Shown: positions 24,788-41,420, counted from the first letter of the stretch. The stretch: DNA of 64,000 nucleotides from Eledone cirrhosa (GCA_964016885.1 OZ024742.1:221650001-221714000); one strand, 5' to 3'. Numbers and translations are program-made. Notes: generated from the letters alone by a model not told the origin.

Positions 24788-24989
24788 CTCCCCAGTGGAA
24801 ACTGTATTGTTTTATGCAATCACCACACTACATAATCTGCTGCTTCATCAAGAAGGTTCCAAGATGGCTGTACGATTGGCTGGGGGGTTACAGAAAATGG
24901 TGGCACTGCTGCAGAGAAATAATGTCAAATTTCTGGCTATTACCACAGACTGTCTGCAAATTTTGGCTTATGGAAATCAAGAGAGTAAA
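24788..24989 (+). CDS. CTNNB1: Beta-catenin exon 6 ([33 protein letters not shown]...LAYGNQESK)
   Basis: cacacag acceptor, AAA|gtgagt donor; 202 nt; near-invariant Arm repeat sequence. Confidence 0.97.
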
Positions 24990-26032
24990 GTGAGTTTATT
25001 TTTGGAAATTTTGTTTAAATAATAAAATACTGGAATTTGTAATTTTAGCTTGTAAATATTGAATATACTCATAGATAAGTCCTGTTTATTATTTTTTTAA
25101 AGGAGAATTAGCAGACTCATTAGAATGTTGGTATTTGTTTGGGGTCTCTATGCTCTTAATTTAACTCTTGCTGAGTTTCATCCTTCTGGGGTCGATAAAG
25201 TAACAGTCTGTGAATGGTGTACTGATGGAATTGTTAAAGAGGCAGATGGCATGCTTTACAGTGTCTGTTCCAGATCTGGGTTCTGAGTTCAAACCCCACT
25301 TCTTGTCACTACAAAAGTGGAGATGCTTTTTGTCAGGAGCTGAAACTAGTAGCTAGTATCAACACTGGAAAGACCAATTAAAACATAGTTTTTTTTTATA
25401 TCTTATCTGACAATTGGCTCCTTTCCTTTTATATTAAAAATTCAGCCAAGAAAAATTGCATGCATCTACTGAATCTTAATCTTGACTTTAAATTCACATT
25501 GTGTGTGTGTGTGTGTGTGTGTCCCTCTCTCTCTCTCTCTCTCTCTCAAGAATCTAGACTTGTCATATCTCTACTCAGTCTATATAAGTATTGGTGTTGT
25601 AAAGAAATATGTTAACATCTTGTGCAAAATGACTGCTTAAGCAATGGCAATGCACATTCTTGTAAATATAAATATACATGCTTTCCACATGTACAGTTGT
25701 CATCCAACTGTAATCCGGATGCTTAATGTTGCATAAATGTCATTCAATCAGGTGTTGCCATTTAAAAGCAATATAATATGTTTATTCTAGGCAGAGATCA
25801 TAGAAATATATTATGATATTTATGGCTCTGGGACTTTGCTAGGCTGTATTGAAAAGCAACATCTAACTTGTAAATAGGTCCATGACTGATCTCAAAACAT
25901 TTATCTACACGAAGTGGGTGTGCAACTTATATCTGATTGTATATGATAGTGTATTTTATTTTTTTTTTTTTTTAATTATGTTTCCTATTTTTAACTGTTG
26001 TGAACTAACCAATAACTTATATTTAATTCCAG

Positions 26033-26177
26033 TTGATCATATTGGCCAGTGGTGGTCCTGTTGAATTAGTTCGTATTATGAGGTCATACACATATGAAAA
26101 ACTGCTGTGGACTACATCCCGAGTACTTAAAGTTTTATCAGTTTGTTCCAGTAATAAACCTGGAATAGTAGAAGCTG
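26033..26177 (+). CDS. CTNNB1: Beta-catenin exon 7 ([48 protein letters not shown])
   Basis: Hand translation; ttccag acceptor, G|gtaagt donor; 145 nt. Confidence 0.97.
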
Positions 26178-27521
26178 GTAAGTAAAGTGGATGGCATCAG
26201 TAAATTGATTGATTTTTCGTCGGGGCCTTGGGTATTATGCAATGGTGACCAGTTTAGGGATTGATGTAGCCTTCAATGCTATGTGGGTCTCGGCTTTTAG
26301 AATAAGTAAAACATATACCTGCTTGCCATAAGGGGTTGACATCGGGCTATAAAACAATCTAAAAACATCCCATCCAGCCCATGCCATCAGGGAAAATTCA
26401 ACATAAAAATAATGATATAACATGGCATATCTTTCCCATCTTCACACCAGAGAGTAGTTTTACTTTCGACCTCATCAGTTTCATTGAGGCAATCTTGATG
26501 TAACAGCATTGGATTGCTTCATTTTCCACAGTTAACTATTAAACATCCTGTAATGGCTTGGCAAAAATGTCTAAAATTAGGTTTGTTAATTCATATGTTT
26601 ATAGTATCTTTACTAGTGGACAGATCTTTGTAGAAATTGGCAGTAAACAAAAAATGACTTAATTTTAGTGTGGTGTGGTTATAATGCTGTTTTGTACTTT
26701 GATGAATATTCATTTTGATAGAAATAAACATTATAAATGCTATGAACATCATTTTCATCACCATTTTACATCTATTTTCCATGCTTATATGGGTAAAAAT
26801 TGCAGAGTGGTAAGAGCATCTAGCAAAATCTCTTACAGTATTTGTTCCAGTTCTCTGTGTTGAGTTCAAATCCTGCTGAGTTCACCTTTGCCCTCATCTT
26901 TTGAGGTGTTGATAAAATAAAGTACCAGTCCATGGTAGTGGATTGACTGAATTGTTAGTATGTCCCATGAGATGCCTTGTGGTATTTATTCTGACTCATT
27001 GCATTTTGAATTCAAATCCTACTGCTGCCTACTTGTGTAGTAGACTTAATATGGTGTCCAGATTGGGTACCTTTAGCAGAGTCCACTCTATTATAAGTAT
27101 TTGGGCCAGGTTTCTGCTGCTGCTACAATAGTGAACTATAATAAATTGATATAGTTCAAGAATTAATTCCATCCCCATCCCCACCCAACCCACCCTATCA
27201 ATGTCAGTTCTTTTGTTAAGTGACCATCATTATCATCATCATCTTTAACATTAATTTTCCCACACTTGTAATGAGTTATATGGATTGTCACATTGTGACA
27301 ATTTAGGTCAGATGACCATGTCTTTCTCATACAGATCTGTATTTTGGCTTGGTTTCTATGGCTGGAAGCCCTTCCTGATGCCAACTGTGTTACAGTGTGG
27401 AGTGGGTACTTTTTATCATGGCACCAAAACAACCATCTAATAGGATAGACTTGGTGCTTTAATAAATCAATAATACTATTTAGTTTTACATTCTTAATAT
27501 TGTTGTTTTTCTTCTTTGCAG

Positions 27522-27625
27522 GAGGAATGTCAGCATTGGCTGATAATTTAGCACATGAAAGTCCTCGTGTTGTCCATAACTGCCTCTGGACTCTGAGAAA
27601 TTTATCAGATGCTGCGACACGTGTG
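27522..27625 (+). CDS. CTNNB1: Beta-catenin exon 8 ([35 protein letters not shown])
   Basis: [14 protein letters not shown] motif; ttgcag acceptor; weak GTG|gtgtgt donor chosen for frame consistency; 104 nt. Confidence 0.92.
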
Positions 27626-28616
27626 GTGTGTACCAGGATTTATATATCTCTTGTAATCGTTCAGTTTAAAATAGTTAATTAAGTCATTTATTAGAACATC
27701 AGATAAAATATGTTTTAGTGGTTATTTGTTCCAGCTCTCTGTTCTGTGTTCAAATCCTGCCATTATACATTTTGATTTTTTTGGGGGTGGGGGTGTTAAG
27801 TAATGGTGCAGCCCTCTCTCTTTTGCACATATCTTGATGTTCTGCAGCATCAAGTATGGGAGGCTTGTGAGGGTGACTTTGTTTGCTTGTGACTACAGGG
27901 ATACCACGTCATTCTCAATTACGAGTGGTGGCTGTAGTTAGTTTTAATCATACAGTAAACATTATTTCATGGATTAAAAGAAAAGGATTATATTATTTTC
28001 TCTGTACCATAAGCATTCTCTGCAAAATTCTTACCATGATAACTATTTGTTGGTTAGTGGTTGAATAGAAAATATGAACTACATGGTGGGATAGCAACAA
28101 GAGTTTGGAGGTCATTTTCATTGTTAAAGTAATTTATCTTGTGGAACCCCATGATGGACTTCATACTCGTTATGGGGTCCTTTTTTAAGCAAAGTTTTAT
28201 AGCCAGATACCCTTTCTGGTACTAACCCATTAGTCACCCTTTCCGATACACGGATATAGTGTACTTATTCTAAACAAGATACACTTAGCAGCAATATAAT
28301 TCAATGAGAGATTTTGGTCTAAATATTTAATATTAGGTTAATATTTAATTAGTCTTTTCATCTCAAATATGACCAAGATTGTGAGTGACATTGAAGTATG
28401 AGGTGGTGAACAGTGATGCGATAACAGGGAAGGCAAAGACTGATAGCTACATGTTGATAGGTGGTTGAATAGAAAACAACTTGAGCAGTGTGATAGGATA
28501 GCAGTATTGTAATTTAGTAATATATTTTAATAGTTTTTTTGTAAACTGGTAAATTATCTTGATCTGTATGTTTTTCCTTTGTATAAGTCTGACTTTTGAC
28601 TGTTTATTGGTTGCAG

Positions 28617-28823
28617 GAAGGAATGGAAGGCCTATTACAAATGCTCGTCCAACTGTTATCGTCAAATGACTTCAATGTGGTCTCCTGTGCAGCGGGGATT
28701 CTCTCAAATCTTACTTGCAATAACCAACGTAACAAGGTTACAGTGTGTCAGGTTGGTGGTATTGAAGCTCTCGTCCGTACCATAATGCAAGCTGGGGATA
28801 AAGAAGATATCACTGAACCAGCG
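28617..28823 (+). CDS. CTNNB1: Beta-catenin exon 9 ([14 protein letters not shown]...[17 protein letters not shown]...DKEDITEPA)
   Basis: ORF 28596..28832; ttgcag acceptor, GCG|gtaagt donor. Confidence 0.97.
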
Positions 28824-29676
28824 GTAAGTTGAATACCTTTATTTTTCCCTCTCTCATATGTTTCTTTCTATTTATGTTCACTTTGATGCTCTATCTGTGT
28901 TTTCATTGGTTTGGGCAAGTATCTTCTCCAGTTAACCTAGGACAACCAGTGGCTTTTGAGTAAATTTTGTAGACGGAAATTAAGGAAGATCATCACGTGT
29001 GTGTGTGTCAGTTTACCATGTGTATTTTCATATTGCCAATATTTAAAGCAAACAGTGACATTTGTTTATGTCCTGCAATGTAGTGTTTCAACATCTGCCC
29101 ATACATAAAGTTGGATATCCTGTATTTATATCCACTTCATGAACACGCAACTCACAATGGGTTGCTAATTGTCACTTTCCCTCTTTTCAAGGACACCTCC
29201 ACAACCCAAACACTTGTGCTCGCTCTCTTTTCTTCTCCCTCAGTAAGTAATATATAATTGCCATTGTGGCACTCATCTCACAGTGCCACCACTTTCACTA
29301 TACTCTCACCTCACACCAGTTGAAGACACAATAATCACCCTAGTGCTGGTGACGTGATAAAACACACCTAGTAAAGGGGTTGGCATTACAAAGGGTATCC
29401 AGCTGTAGAATTCATGTCAAAATAAAGATATGAGCAAGATAGTTATTTGTCCTATATAACCTCAAACTGTCTTATCTCTATAAAATTATGGTGAAAGTCT
29501 AGGTTGATATCATCAGAAAGAGCAACTGGCTGTAGAAACTCTGTCTTAAAGTTTCATCTAATCTATGCTGGCATAAAAAAGTAGGCGTAAAAATGACTTT
29601 AAATTATAAATTGTTTTAAGATTTTAAAAATTGGTTGATTTAATATAACTTTATTTCTGTCTATTTTTTATTGTAG

Positions 29677-29931
29677 GTGTGCGCTCTACGTCACTTGACT
29701 AGCCGACACCCAGAAGCCGAGATGGCACAGAATGCCGTTCGCTTACACTATGGCCTTCCTGTTCTAGTCAAATTACTACATCCCCCTAGCCGTTGGCCAC
29801 TTATTAAGGCCGTAGTAGGACTGATTCGCAACCTTGCTCTATGTCCTGCTAATCATGCACCCCTTAGAGAACATGGAGCCCTTCCCAGAATTGCCCAGCT
29901 TATGATCCGTGCACACCAGGATACCCAAAGG
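29677..29931 (+). CDS. CTNNB1: Beta-catenin exon 10 ([27 protein letters not shown]...RAHQDTQR)
   Basis: ORF 29677..30003; ttgtag acceptor, AGG|gttagc donor. Confidence 0.97.
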
Positions 29932-30677
29932 GTTAGCAATTTTTCTGTTCATTTTGATTTTACATTATCTATTTTTGCTTTGACTCTTTCACTACCAAAT
30001 TAATAGTGAAAGACACTGTCAATGATTTTCAAAAAAATTGAAAAATAATCTAGAATTTCAAGGAATTCTGTAAAAAGAAAAATCTGACATTTTTCTATTA
30101 AGCTGATGTTTGAAGTTTAAATTAATAAAACGTTCTTAAATAAAATTATGAGAGAAGGTTTTAATAGATACTTTAAAATGGGCAGTTTTGTATCATAAAA
30201 CTAGGGTCATTTCAGATGGGTTGATATCAAAAAGGTTAAAGAGTCTCTTACATATAAGCATTCTAAATGTCAAACATAAAATAATTTTATCAATCTATTT
30301 AACCATTTCAAATCATTTTGAAAATAATCAAAAATTTGGAGGGATTTAGTAATACAACTAGTTTTATCATTATTTATTATCTAGTGTTTAGAACAAGAGT
30401 TCTTGCATAAAATCGTGATGGAAGGTTTTCAGATAAAGTTTTGTTGCAAGGATTCATCAGTTTAAGGATTTTTTTATGATTGTTTAGTCAGAAGAAGACA
30501 CCCGTAAACCAAAGACTGCTCCTAATGTTTGCAACAGAATAGACTCCAATAAAAGCCCTCCAAGGGTCAGGTGTTGGTGTTAAACTGGGTGATAGGTTAA
30601 GTCTACTACCCAAGAGATAAAATGATGGGCACTGGCTTTCCTTCTCTAAATAGTGTGAATGTTTATTTGTTTTTCAG

Positions 30678-30839
30678 AGAGCTTCTATCAGTTCAAATGG
30701 CCAAAGTTCCAATTATGTTGATGGTGTTAGAATGGAGGAAATTGTTGAAGGTACTGTTGGTGCCCTTCACATCCTTGCCAGAGAAGCACATAACAGAGCT
30801 GTTATTCGCAGCTTGAATTGTATTCCACTGTTTGTACAG
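30678..30839 (+). CDS. CTNNB1: Beta-catenin exon 11 ([54 protein letters not shown])
   Basis: Hand translation; ttttcag acceptor, CAG|gtaaga donor. Confidence 0.97.
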
Positions 30840-31347
30840 GTAAGAAGCATCCACTCATTTATATGGTCTCTCTATGCTTTAAATATCCAGTTAGTATCTC
30901 ATGTTTTGTAATACACTGCATTTTTATATTTTAATAATTATCATCCTCATTTAACATGTTTTCCCTGCTGCCATGGGTTGGACATGCCATCACAGATCAA
31001 ATCACTACTTAATCGGTACTACAGATACTCAGATGAGCTGATGGCTGCATCTTGCTTACATACATTTCTGCATTTTACAGCGTGCACCAACACTAGGAAA
31101 GTCATGTTTTTGACACGGCTGAGGGGTCCTTTTGTTTGACAAATTTACAAATGGATGCCCTTCTTAACTACCATTTGAAGGAAATTAAAATATGTTGTTA
31201 GATTCACTATATTCATTGTATACATACAGTTTAGGGTTAGGGTTCCCTCGTCGGCTTGTGTAAAAAAAATTTTTTAGTATTAATGTACAGCTCCACGCCT
31301 ATGCAGGTTTAGCTGATCTCCTGCAAATGCCACAATGATTTTAAAGT

Positions 31348-31378
<31 letters not shown>

Positions 31379-31750
31379 CAAATAGAATTATCGAGAATCG
31401 CAACTTCGGCCCACGAAATAACGAAAAACAAGCTCCGAGATGTGTGGCAAAGTGCTCAATGGTTCGGATGAACCAGAGCTATAACTAACGTTTAATACCA
31501 AACACACTGAGACGATGGTTAAACAATCATTCGCACAGCCAAAAAAAAACGATCAAGTGGTTATGTCCCTCTCCTCTTTTTCTCTTTCACACCATCCCCT
31601 TTCCATTAAGATACTTTAATCATGTTTCAGCATTTGCTAGTGCCACCACATCCTCCTTCCCCCTCACCATCATTTTTGTATTGCATTTTATACATTTTAC
31701 ACCACAGAAACACCAATTTTATTATAATAGACAACATGGTTAATAACTAA

Positions 31751-31927
<177 letters not shown>

Positions 31928-32515
31928 TGATGCTTTAACACTGGTTCTTATAGATCCCAGTCATCCGCCTCCCTTTGTAATCCCAGGTTTCCTCAATTCC
32001 ACCTCATTTTGTACTGTTATCCATTAATTTTCCCCAAGCACCATATAGTCCAGTGTTTCTAAGAGACCCAGATAATATTCCTTGCCTTAAAATCCTAGGT
32101 TTCTTCAATTCCTCCCCTATTTTGAATTGTCATTGAATAAGTTTACACCCTTGCCCCATATTAATGTGTAAGCTTTTCAAACTTCAATAATTGTGTTGTT
32201 CGAAATAGGATTAAGTCTGAAGCAGCAATTGTTTGTAAACTGTTCATTTGTGATCACCCTTAGAATTAGATATATCGGTATTTCATTTTATGTATACATA
32301 ATGTACACTATCATTTCCCATTTGAGAATTATTGTTCACAAATATTGAGTGCCAGCAAAGTAGCCATATATCATTTTTGATACCCTGTTATAACCTAAGA
32401 TGTGTACCAGCTCTAAACTCGATACTCACAGCACTAAGCTGGTGCCTGCATTATATACTTTAATCTGAGAGAGCGAGTTCATTTTTATTTTATTTTATTT
32501 ATTTAATTTTTCCAG

Positions 32516-32640
32516 CCACATATGCTGCTGCTGTTCTTTTCCGAATGTCTGAAGATAAACCACATGATTTCAGAAAACGATTGTCTGTGGAACTAACAAG
32601 CTCCTTGTTCCGAGGAGACCAAAATATTCCATGGACAGAA
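32516..32640 (+). CDS. CTNNB1: Beta-catenin exon 13 ([42 protein letters not shown])
   Basis: Hand translation; ttccag acceptor, GAA|gtaagt donor. Confidence 0.97.
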
Positions 32641-32967
32641 GTAAGTATTTGTTTGTGTTAGTGTCTCTATTTCAAATTATGCAAAGATTTGAGTGAAAAC
32701 ATAAAATTCTCTTTTATATTTATCTTCCATCATTTTACGTTTACTTAGATGGCTTGAATATGTTGTCAGGAGCTACTGTTGTCCTAGAAACATCTCAATA
32801 CTTAAATCGACCCCAGTATTTCACTCGTATTTTGTTATTATCAGTATCAAAAGAATGAAAAGCAAAGTTAATCTGAGCTGCTAAGCATTTGTCTTATGCT
32901 CTAACAACTCTGCCAATCTACCACTCTCATGTTTTATAATAATGATAATGTGTTGTTCTCTTTCTAG

Positions 32968-33157
32968 CCACCTGGTTTTGCAGACGTGGGCAGCAATTTG
33001 CTACCCCCTCCTGCTGATGACACTTTCAGAGATCAGATATATGTGCCTCCACAACATCATGGAAGTCAGGGTAACATTCAGACTGGTTACCAAAGTGATA
33101 TGAACAGAGGTGGTGGGACTGGCAGTGGTGGTGGAGGTAATGCTGGTGGTGGAGCTG
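32968..33157 (+). CDS. CTNNB1: Beta-catenin exon 14 (Pro/Gly-rich C-terminal tail: PPGFADVGSNLLPPPADD...RGGGTGSGGGGNAGGGA)
   Basis: tttctag acceptor, G|gtgagt donor; open frame; its 190 nt are needed to bridge phase 0 (exon 13) to phase 1 (exon 15). Confidence 0.88.
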
Positions 33158-33744
33158 GTGAGTAAATAATTTCAACAAATTCTTGGATTTTAGAGAGCCA
33201 TGTGAGGGTTATGTGATTAAGAAGTTTGCTTCACGCCGATGTGATTTGGAATTTCATCCCATGGTGTAGTATCATAGATACGTGCCTTCAACCATAGCCA
33301 CAAGCCAATCAATGCTTTGTAATTGAATTTGGTAGGCAGAAACTATGTATCTATATATATATATATATATATATATCATCATCATCATTTTACGTCCGCT
33401 TTTCCCTGCTTGCAAGGGTGGGACGGGAACTGATTCTGGCTTGATTTCTACAGCTGGATGCCCTTCCTAAAACCAACCTCATTTACAGTGAGTGCTGGGT
33501 GCTTTTTTGCCGTGGCACCTCCACGACCAGTTTGCAGTGGAATGATATGGTCCTATCATCTCATTTCTATCTACAGCTGAGTAAACTGGAGCAATGTGAA
33601 ATAAAGTGTCCTTCTCAAGGAAACAACACATCACTCGGTCTGAGAATTGAACTCACAACCTTTCGATTGCAAGGCCAATGCTCTAACCACTAAGCCATGT
33701 GCCTCCATATATGCACGCGCGCACACGCACACGCACACATATAC

Positions 33745-33779
<35 letters not shown>

Positions 33780-33792
33780 CATATATATATAC

Positions 33793-34003
<211 letters not shown>

Positions 34004-34044
34004 TATATACATATATATATATATATACATACATATATATATAT

Positions 34045-34075
<31 letters not shown>

Positions 34076-34081
34076 CATACA

Positions 34082-34117
<36 letters not shown>

Positions 34118-34122
34118 CATAC

Positions 34123-34173
<51 letters not shown>

Positions 34174-34245
34174 CATATACATATATATATATATATATAT
34201 AATATATATATATATATATACATATATATATACATATATATATAC

Positions 34246-34290
<45 letters not shown>

Positions 34291-34399
34291 CATATGTATA
34301 TATATATATATATATATATACATATATATATACATATGTATATATACATATGTATATATACATATATATATATACATATATATATATATGTATATATAC

Positions 34400-34434
<35 letters not shown>

Positions 34435-34447
34435 CATGTATATATTC

Positions 34448-34555
<108 letters not shown>

Positions 34556-34738
34556 TCCCAGACCCACACTGTAAATGTGGTTGGTGTTAGGAAGGGCATC
34601 CAACTGTAGAAAACCTGCCAGACAGTCCTATGCGAGCAAGACAATCACTCTTGCCTCAAGTGGGACTACCCCCGTCCAAACCCATGCAAGCGTGGAACAC
34701 GGACGTTAAACGTTGATGATGATGATGATGATGATGAT
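34556..34738 (+). mobile_element. RTE LINE extreme 3' end (second subfamily); another antisense copy at about 11473-11795
   Basis: Matches 39060-39248 including the (GAT)n tail. Confidence 0.85.
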
Positions 34739-34744
34739 ATATAC

Positions 34745-34881
<137 letters not shown>

Positions 34882-34890
34882 CATATATAC

Positions 34891-34953
<63 letters not shown>

Positions 34954-34999
34954 CATATATATATACATATATATATATACATATATATATATATACACA

Positions 35000-35121
<122 letters not shown>

Positions 35122-35145
35122 TATATATATATATATACACATATA

Positions 35146-35179
<34 letters not shown>

Positions 35180-35216
35180 CACACATATATATATATATAT
35201 TTATATATATATATAT

Positions 35217-35347
<131 letters not shown>

Positions 35348-35393
35348 TATATATACATATATATATATATACATATATATATATACACATATA

Positions 35394-35427
<34 letters not shown>

Positions 35428-35456
35428 CATATATACATATATATATACATATATAT

Positions 35457-35705
<249 letters not shown>

Positions 35706-35754
35706 CATATATACATATATATATATATATATGTACATATATATATATATATAC

Positions 35755-35895
<141 letters not shown>

Positions 35896-35900
35896 CGTAC

Positions 35901-35937
<37 letters not shown>

Positions 35938-35943
35938 CGTACA

Positions 35944-35981
<38 letters not shown>

Positions 35982-36035
35982 CATATATACATATATATAT
36001 ACATATATATATATATATGTACATATATATATATG

Positions 36036-36108
<73 letters not shown>

Positions 36109-36225
36109 ATGTATGTATGTATATATATATATATATTTATATATATATGTATATATATTTATATATATATGTATATATATTTATATATATATGTATATAT
36201 ATTTATATATATATGTATATATATT

Positions 36226-36345
<120 letters not shown>

Positions 36346-36499
36346 TGTATGTATATATATATGTATATATATATATGTATGTATATATATATGTATATAT
36401 ATATATGTATGTATATATATATGTATATATATATATGTATGTATATATATATGTATATATATATATGTGTATATATATATGTATATATATATATGTGTA

Positions 36500-36532
<33 letters not shown>

Positions 36533-36563
36533 ATATGTATATATATTTATATATATATGTATG

Positions 36564-36682
<119 letters not shown>

Positions 36683-36695
36683 CTATGTATATATG

Positions 36696-36726
<31 letters not shown>

Positions 36727-36763
36727 GTATGTATATGTATGTATATGTATATATATGTATATA

Positions 36764-36802
<39 letters not shown>

Positions 36803-36991
36803 GTATATATGTATATATATATATATTTATATATGTATATATGTATATATATATATATGTATATATATGTATATATATATATTTATATATGTATATATGT
36901 ATATATATATATATTTATATATGTATATATGTATATATATATATATGTATATATATGTATATATATATATGTATATATATATGTGTATGTA

Positions 36992-37022
<31 letters not shown>

Positions 37023-37175
37023 ATATATGTATATATATATATGTATATATATATATATGTATATATATATATGTATATATATGTATATATATATATGTAT
37101 ATATATATATGTATATATATGTATATATATATATGTATATATATATGTATATATATATATATGTATATATATATG

Positions 37176-37206
<31 letters not shown>

Positions 37207-37359
37207 GTATATATATGTATATGTATATATATGTATATATATGTATATATATATATGTATATATATGTATGTATATATATGTATATATATGTATATATAT
37301 ATATATGTATATATATGTATATATATATATGTATATATATATGTGTATATATGTATATA

Positions 37360-37409
<50 letters not shown>

Positions 37410-37439
37410 TATGTGTATATATATATATATGTGTATATG

Positions 37440-37472
<33 letters not shown>

Positions 37473-37473
37473 G

Positions 37474-37526
<53 letters not shown>

Positions 37527-37527
37527 G

Positions 37528-37558
<31 letters not shown>

Positions 37559-37763
37559 GTATATATGTATATATATATATGTATATATATATGTATATAT
37601 GTATATATATATATGTATATATATATGTATATATGTATATATATATATGTATATATATATGTATATATGTATATATATATATGTATATATATATATATGT
37701 ATATATATATGTATATATGTATATATATGTATATATGTATATATATATGTATATATGTATGTG

Positions 37764-37824
<61 letters not shown>

Positions 37825-37865
37825 ATATATGTATATATGTATATATATATGTATATATGTATGTG

Positions 37866-37897
<32 letters not shown>

Positions 37898-38011
37898 TAT
37901 ATGTATGTATATATGTATATATATATGTATATATATATGTATATGTATATATGTATATATATATGTATATATGTGTATATATATGTATATATATATATAT
38001 ATGTATATATG

Positions 38012-38068
<57 letters not shown>

Positions 38069-38433
38069 GTATATGTATATATGTATATATATATGTATAT
38101 ATATATGTATATATATATATATGTATGTATATATGTATATATATATATGTATATATGTGTATATATATATATATGTATATATGTGTATATATATATATAT
38201 GTGTATATATATATATGTATATGTATATGTATATATATATATATGTATATATATATATGTATATATATGTATACATGTATATATATGTATATATGTATAT
38301 ATATGTATATATGTGTATATATGTGTATATGTGTATATATGTGTATATATGTATATATGTATATATGTGTATATATGTATATATGTATGTATATATGTAT
38401 ATATATGTATATATGTATATATGTGTATATATG

Positions 38434-38466
<33 letters not shown>

Positions 38467-38484
38467 GTATATATATGTATATGT

Positions 38485-38518
<34 letters not shown>

Positions 38519-38645
38519 GTATATGTATATATATGTATATATATGTATATATATATATATATATGTATATATATGTATATATATATGTATATATATGTGT
38601 ATATATATATGTATATGTATATGTATATATATGTATATATATATA

Positions 38646-39217
38646 TGTTTACTCGAGAGAAGGCTGCGTTGGTATGGACACGTGATGCGCATGAACGTCG
38701 ATAGCTGTATTACAAAGTGCAGGGCAATAAAGATAGACGGTAGCCACGGAATAGGCAGACCTAGAAAAACATGGGATGAGCTGATAAACTCCGACCTCAC
38801 ACACTTACACCTCTCCAAGACAATGTCACTGGACCGTGACCTTTGGCGGTACTCAGTAACAGAGAAGACCCGCCTTGCCAGTAGGCATCTCTAACAAACT
38901 ACACCCCGTCCCGCCACCACCCTCACCCCATCCACACCACCCCGTTCTATGTAAAGTTATGTTGGTGCCGCGAAACAAATGAGATCGTGTAGGTGTCACG
39001 ACAAAAAACACACAGTCCACGCTGTAATGTGGCCGTGTAGGCAACACGGTAAAAAACCTCCCAGACCCACACTGTAAATGTGGTTGGTGTTAGGAAGGGC
39101 ATCCAACTGTAGAAAACCTGCCAGACAGTCCTATGCGAGCAAGACAATCACTCTTGCCTCAAGTGGGACTACCCCCGTCCAAACCCATGCAAGCGTGGAA
39201 CACGGGACGTTAAACGT

Positions 39218-39248
<31 letters not shown>
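38646..39248 (+). mobile_element. RTE LINE 3' fragment (second subfamily)
   Basis: [28 protein letters not shown], 3' UTR, (GAT)n tail. Confidence 0.92.
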
Positions 39249-39253
39249 ATATG

Positions 39254-39314
<61 letters not shown>

Positions 39315-39359
39315 GTATATGTATATATATATATATGTATATATATATATGTGTATATG

Positions 39360-39408
<49 letters not shown>

Positions 39409-39459
39409 GTATATATATGTGTATATATATATATATGTATATATATATATGTGTATATG

Positions 39460-39510
<51 letters not shown>

Positions 39511-39924
39511 GTGTATATGTGTATATGTATATATATATATATGTATATATGTATATGTATATATGTATATGTATATATATATGTATATGTATATATATAT
39601 GTATATATATATGTATATATATATGTATATATATATGTATATGTATATATATATAGTATATATATATGTATATGTATATGTATATATATATATATGTATA
39701 TATATATGTATATGTATATATATATATATGTATATATATATGTATATGTATATATATGTATATATATATGTATATGTATATATATATATATGTATATATA
39801 TATGTATATGTATATATATGTATATATATATGTATATATATGTATATGTATATATATGTATATATATATATGTATATATATGTGTATATATATGTATATA
39901 TATGTATATATATATATATGTATG

Positions 39925-39957
<33 letters not shown>

Positions 39958-40120
39958 GTATGTATATATATGTATATATATATATGTATATATATGTATA
40001 TATGTATATGTATATATGTATATATATATGTATATGTATGTATATGTATATATGTGTATGTATGTATGTATGTATGTATGTATATATATATGTATGTATA
40101 TATATATGTATATATATATG

Positions 40121-40153
<33 letters not shown>

Positions 40154-40178
40154 GTATATGTATATATATATATGTATG

Positions 40179-40231
<53 letters not shown>

Positions 40232-40268
40232 GTATATATATATATGTATATATATATGTATATATATG

Positions 40269-40303
<35 letters not shown>

Positions 40304-40328
40304 GTATATATATGTATGTATATATATG

Positions 40329-40361
<33 letters not shown>

Positions 40362-40763
40362 GTATATATATATATGTATATATATATATGTATGTATATG
40401 TATGTATATATATATGTATATATGTATATATATGTATATGTATATATATGTATATGTATATGTATATATATATATGTATATATATATGTATATTATATAT
40501 GTATATATATATATATATATGTATATGTATATATATGTATATATATATGTATATATATATATATGTATATGTATATATATGTATATATATATATATTATA
40601 TATATATATATGTATATATGTATATATGTATATGTATATATATATATGTAATATATATATGTATATATATATATATATGTACATATATATATGTTATTAT
40701 ATATATATGTATATATATATATATGTATATATATATATGTATATATATGTATATATATATATG

Positions 40764-40794
<31 letters not shown>

Positions 40795-40960
40795 GTATAT
40801 ATATGTATATATATGATTATATATATATATGTATATATATGATATATATATATATGTATGTTATATATATATGTATGTATATATATATGTATATATATAT
40901 GTATATATATATATGTATGTATATATATATGTATATATATATATGTATATATATTATATG

Positions 40961-40991
<31 letters not shown>

Positions 40992-41034
40992 TATATATAT
41001 ATATGTATGTATGTATTGTATGTATATATGTATG

Positions 41035-41065
<31 letters not shown>

Positions 41066-41288
41066 ATATGTATGTATATATTATATGTATGTATATATAT
41101 ATGTATTTATATATATATGTATGTATATATATATGTATGTGTATGTATGTATATATATGTGTATGTATGTATGTATGTATGTATGTATATGTATGTATGT
41201 ATATATATATGTATGTATATATATATGTATGTATGTATATATATATGTATGTATTATATATATATATGTATGTATGTATATATGTATG

Positions 41289-41322
<34 letters not shown>

Positions 41323-41388
41323 TGTATGTATGTATGTATGTATATATGTATGTATGTATATATATGTATGTATGTATATATATATATG

Positions 41389-41420
<32 letters not shown>

